A stretch of 64,000 nt of DNA from Tubulanus polymorphus (taxonomy: Eukaryota > Animalia > Nemertea): positions 8,816,962-8,880,961 of the forward strand of contig NC_134034.1 of the NCBI RefSeq assembly GCF_964204645.1. The letters are read 5' to 3'. The notes beneath the pieces were generated by a model. The model saw nothing but the letters and a program-made list of their open reading frames with translations. It was not told the DNA's origin and searched no databases. This document shows positions 60,719-64,000 of this stretch, piece by piece (within the stretch, counting starts at the first letter, position 1; each line of letters opens with the position of its first letter). The translations under genes and the position numbers were made by a program.

Positions 60719-62220
60719 TCAGACGTTTCCGTAATAAAGTTTAGAGTGGTACAATCTAAGACAGTCCTTGTCAATATGCAAGCCAGATTTATCGGGACAA
60801 TCTGCGCAGATCCAGACAGTTTTTATCTCTCTTCCAATAGGAAAACGAAGACCTTGGGCCCAACAAACTCGGCAAGCTTTCGTGGGTCGACGATCAGCCT
60901 TTGCATCCGATGAAGGCTGCTTCTGTGTAGGGAAATGGCGCCATGTGAGACGGGTGACAACATTGATGATATACAATTCGTTGTTCAATCTTGGCGTGAA
61001 TGTCAATAGAGTTCCAACAATATCATGCATGAATGAGAGGAACGTCATGTTTCGATTGATATTCTTGTTCATCACTTTGTTTGCAGCAGAAGTCTTCTTA
61101 TACCACTTATACGCTTTTCGGATTGCTGGCATTGTATGTAACTGTTGATCTACAGTGTCCACGCCTCCCATGTGCTTATGTACTGATTGATACAGCGTGG
61201 TTTGATAATGTTATTGCCATCTTTATCTTTTTTTCCAGTCTCTACCATATCAGCAGTATGTTTAGTCGTTAGCATGAAAACCTGTTTTGGCTCCCCATCG
61301 GCCTTATCCTGAGATGCACGGTATTTGACAGCTAGAAATCTATCATCCGACTGGGCACAGGTCATCTCACCTTTTTCTAATTCACATTCGAAGTATAGAA
61401 ATTATCTGTGTAAAGCGTACGTCCCTCATTCAAATAAGATATCATTACATTGATTACAATTCTTTTGGTTTGTTTCATTTCAGGTTTTGGGTCTGCGTGA
61501 TTTCGGAATAGATTCTCCCCAGTATAAATCATGAAATCTAATGTGATCTCTTGTCATCGCTTGGCCGAATAACGGTGTCATGAATAATTCATCTGTTGAC
61601 CAATACATGGGTATCTCAGGCTTATGAACGATTCCCATCAGGAGTACAAGTCCTATGAAGTTTCGAATTTCATTTGGGTTTGTAGGCGTCCACTGACTGA
61701 CACGGGAATGATCACTCAGATTTTCCCTGTTACTTTGGATGTACTGTTCAGCGTACCGATTTGTTTCCTGGACAATCAAATCAATAATTGTGTCTGTCAT
61801 GTATAACGAAAAGTATGTGTATGCTTTATTTTTGTCTGCTTCGGGTATACGTATGCGCAGCCTATCTTGTCCAATGAACTGTATATCCATGGGGGTGTAA
61901 TCAGGTGACTGCACTACAGCCTACTGGCGAGGTGGGGGAATGTTAGGCCGTGCAGCGCGTGCACCAGGACTGCGTCCACGCCCTCTACGTCCATGTGCAC
62001 CGCCTCCACGACCACCGCATCCACGCCCTCTACGTCCACGTGCACCGCTTCCACGACCACCGCGTCCCCGCCCGCGAGGACCACGCCCACGTCCATGTTG
62101 AGCTTGTAAATCAGGCCTACCTACAATGGGACTGCTGCTCCGTGATCTCCATCGGTCACTGCTACCGTCACTGGCGGCTTCAGGCGCGGGTGTTTCATTC
62201 AAAGTTATTCCATCTGAATC
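60719..62220 (-). pseudogene. piggyBac (PGBD4-like) transposase, fragmented with internal deletion
   Basis: IVQETNRYA, MGIVHKP..YWS, YTDNFYTS, KPRCI..Y..MGGVD..DQ, KWYKK, C-terminal Cys-rich domain; RGG-rich N-terminus; exon duplicated at ~62660-62765. Confidence 0.9.
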
Positions 62221-63110
62221 TAAAAGAGAACAATGAACTAATTATCATTGGCCAAACTAACTGGCAGTTCAGGTAAAACGAGGGGTCCAGGGACACCACG
62301 CCCACTTCGAAAGTGGTTTGGAATTCTCAACAATCTGACAATGTCAATATTCAACACCCCTCTGGTGAACATATCTTGAACCAATGACATTGAAACTCAC
62401 TACAATCGTAGAACATGCCATGAGCTAAAATTTTGAAATTCATTGTGGTAACAAAATATTCGTAGGTACCAAAATAATATGAAAATACAAAGCTATTCCG
62501 CTATTCAATGCCCCCTGGTGACCATATACAAAAACAAATGACTTCGGACGGACGACAGACGAAAAGTGAACGCAATTGCCCGCTGGGACTATTGTCCCAA
62601 TTGTGGGCTAAAAAAACAAATACTGGCAGAGTGTGTAAATTAGGCCTACCATCAAGAGAACTGCTGCTCCGTGATCTCAATCGGTCACTGCTAGCGTCAC
62701 TGGCGGCTTCAGGCGCTGGTGTTTCATTCAAAGTTATTTCATCTGAATCTAAAAGAGAACAATGAAATAATTAGTGTAATATTGGCCTATATTGATTGTA
62801 TGACTACCTTTTTGAATAGACCTAGGGCTAAAGCCAATGAATACAGCTGCCAATGAGCGGCTTCAAAACATAGCCTATACTAGAATAGGCAGATATTGGA
62901 TATTGGAGCGCTTTATTTATAGGCCTAAATGTTTTGATTATCATTGTACATGTATAAAACGGCGGGCATCCTGGAAATCGCTACAATTATAGTAGGCCTA
63001 TGGAATGAGTGAGTGTTCTTATGAATTATAAGTATATTCTATGATTTCATGTATTTTCACACTGACAATACATCAGCAGGCATCACGGGTTACACTCCGG
63101 GTATAGCCTA

Positions 63111-64000
63111 CACTACAGTTTGGCGTTGGAACTGCAGCGGCGAATGCCGCGGCAATCGCCGCCGCAATAATTTATTGAATTACGTTTTTTTTCTTCGAAT
63201 ACCATGTTTTTGACACATACATGTAGTAGTAAATTCGCCGCAGAACTTGTCAAAATCGGCAATTCGCCGCGGCAATAAAAATTTGCTTCCAACGGCAACG
63301 CGCCTGTACAGTACATTAGGCCTACTAGTATACTGTTATAGCCGAGTAGAAAAAAACATAGAAATCGGCATTAAGAAAACATAGAAATGATCCACATTTC
63401 AAAATAACGTGTGATACCTGTGGTGCCACCTATCATAATTATTTTTCATATCGTAGTCATTTTAAACGCCTCTATGCCCATAGAAAAGAAGTGGACCATG
63501 AACCCGATGACATAGGCCTACCAGAACCGCAAATTCGCCTCAATGATGATCCTAGACCTGACTTAGGTCTAGTGGAACATAATATTCAACAAAATCAAAA
63601 TGAACTCAATATTGCACCAGTTGACCAACTGAAAATAAGTGCTGGGCAATTCATTCTAAAAATGAGAGCTGGCCATAACATAAGTGCAAGAGCAACCTGT
63701 GAGATGCTTGAAACAGTCAGCCAGTTTACTGAAATTGTTTCTGAGTGTACTCGTGATAATCTTCTTAGATTAGTTCCTGGACTGAACGAAGAACAAAAGA
63801 ATTTGATTGCTCATTACTTTGCTGAAAAGCAGGATGTATTTCCTGGGCTTCAAAGTACATATATGCAGAACAAGTTCTTTAGAGATAATTTCTCTTTGGT
63901 TGAACCCGTGGAAATAGTGCTAGGTTATTATTTCAAAAAGGTTAAGGTTAAAGGTAGATATATTTTCTTTCAAAGAAAGTCCCTGCTCTTGGCTATTTTA
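63111..64000 (+). mobile_element. 5' end of a probable EnSpm/CACTA-type transposon; open frame ~63362 to window end
   Basis: CACTAC start with GCCGCGGCAA subterminal repeats; C2H2-like CDTC..YRSH; FPGLQSTYMQNKFFRDNFSLVEPVEIVLG resembles animal EnSpm proteins. Confidence 0.55.

Overview
Eukaryotic (invertebrate-animal-like, spliceosomal introns, AT-rich) DNA made almost entirely of stacked mobile elements. The right half is a nest. A Kolobok DNA transposon (THAP transposase + KolX, TTAA TSD) sits inside a BEL/Pao LTR retrotransposon (TAGCT TSD). That element sits inside the HNH gene of a full-length but decayed Polinton/Maverick (adintovirus-like) provirus (29872-57224, GATATA TSD; pPolB, penton, major capsid, packaging ATPase, integrase). 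The provirus sits in the 3' end of a Penelope-like element, itself inside a TA-flanked TIR element and probably a piggyBac. The Polinton has long imperfect terminal hairpins in flip/flop orientation and poxvirus-like TAAATG starts with two upstream classes; a second Polinton end at 21.4-21.9 kb keeps the hairpin with different stem sequence. The left half holds a DUF6729-like transposon relic, a MULE-like MITE, several decayed BEL/Gypsy pieces, and a probable LTR/tRNA-Phe-PBS element. That element is followed not by gag but by three small ORFs (three PLDLS motifs; WDSNP repeats) whose opposite strand carries 11 tRNA T-arm/B-box hairpins with co-varying stems. One probable host gene, missed by the ORF track, is a spliced secreted inhibitor-cystine-knot peptide (16589-17588). 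All family calls rest on motif recognition by eye; no database searches were run.
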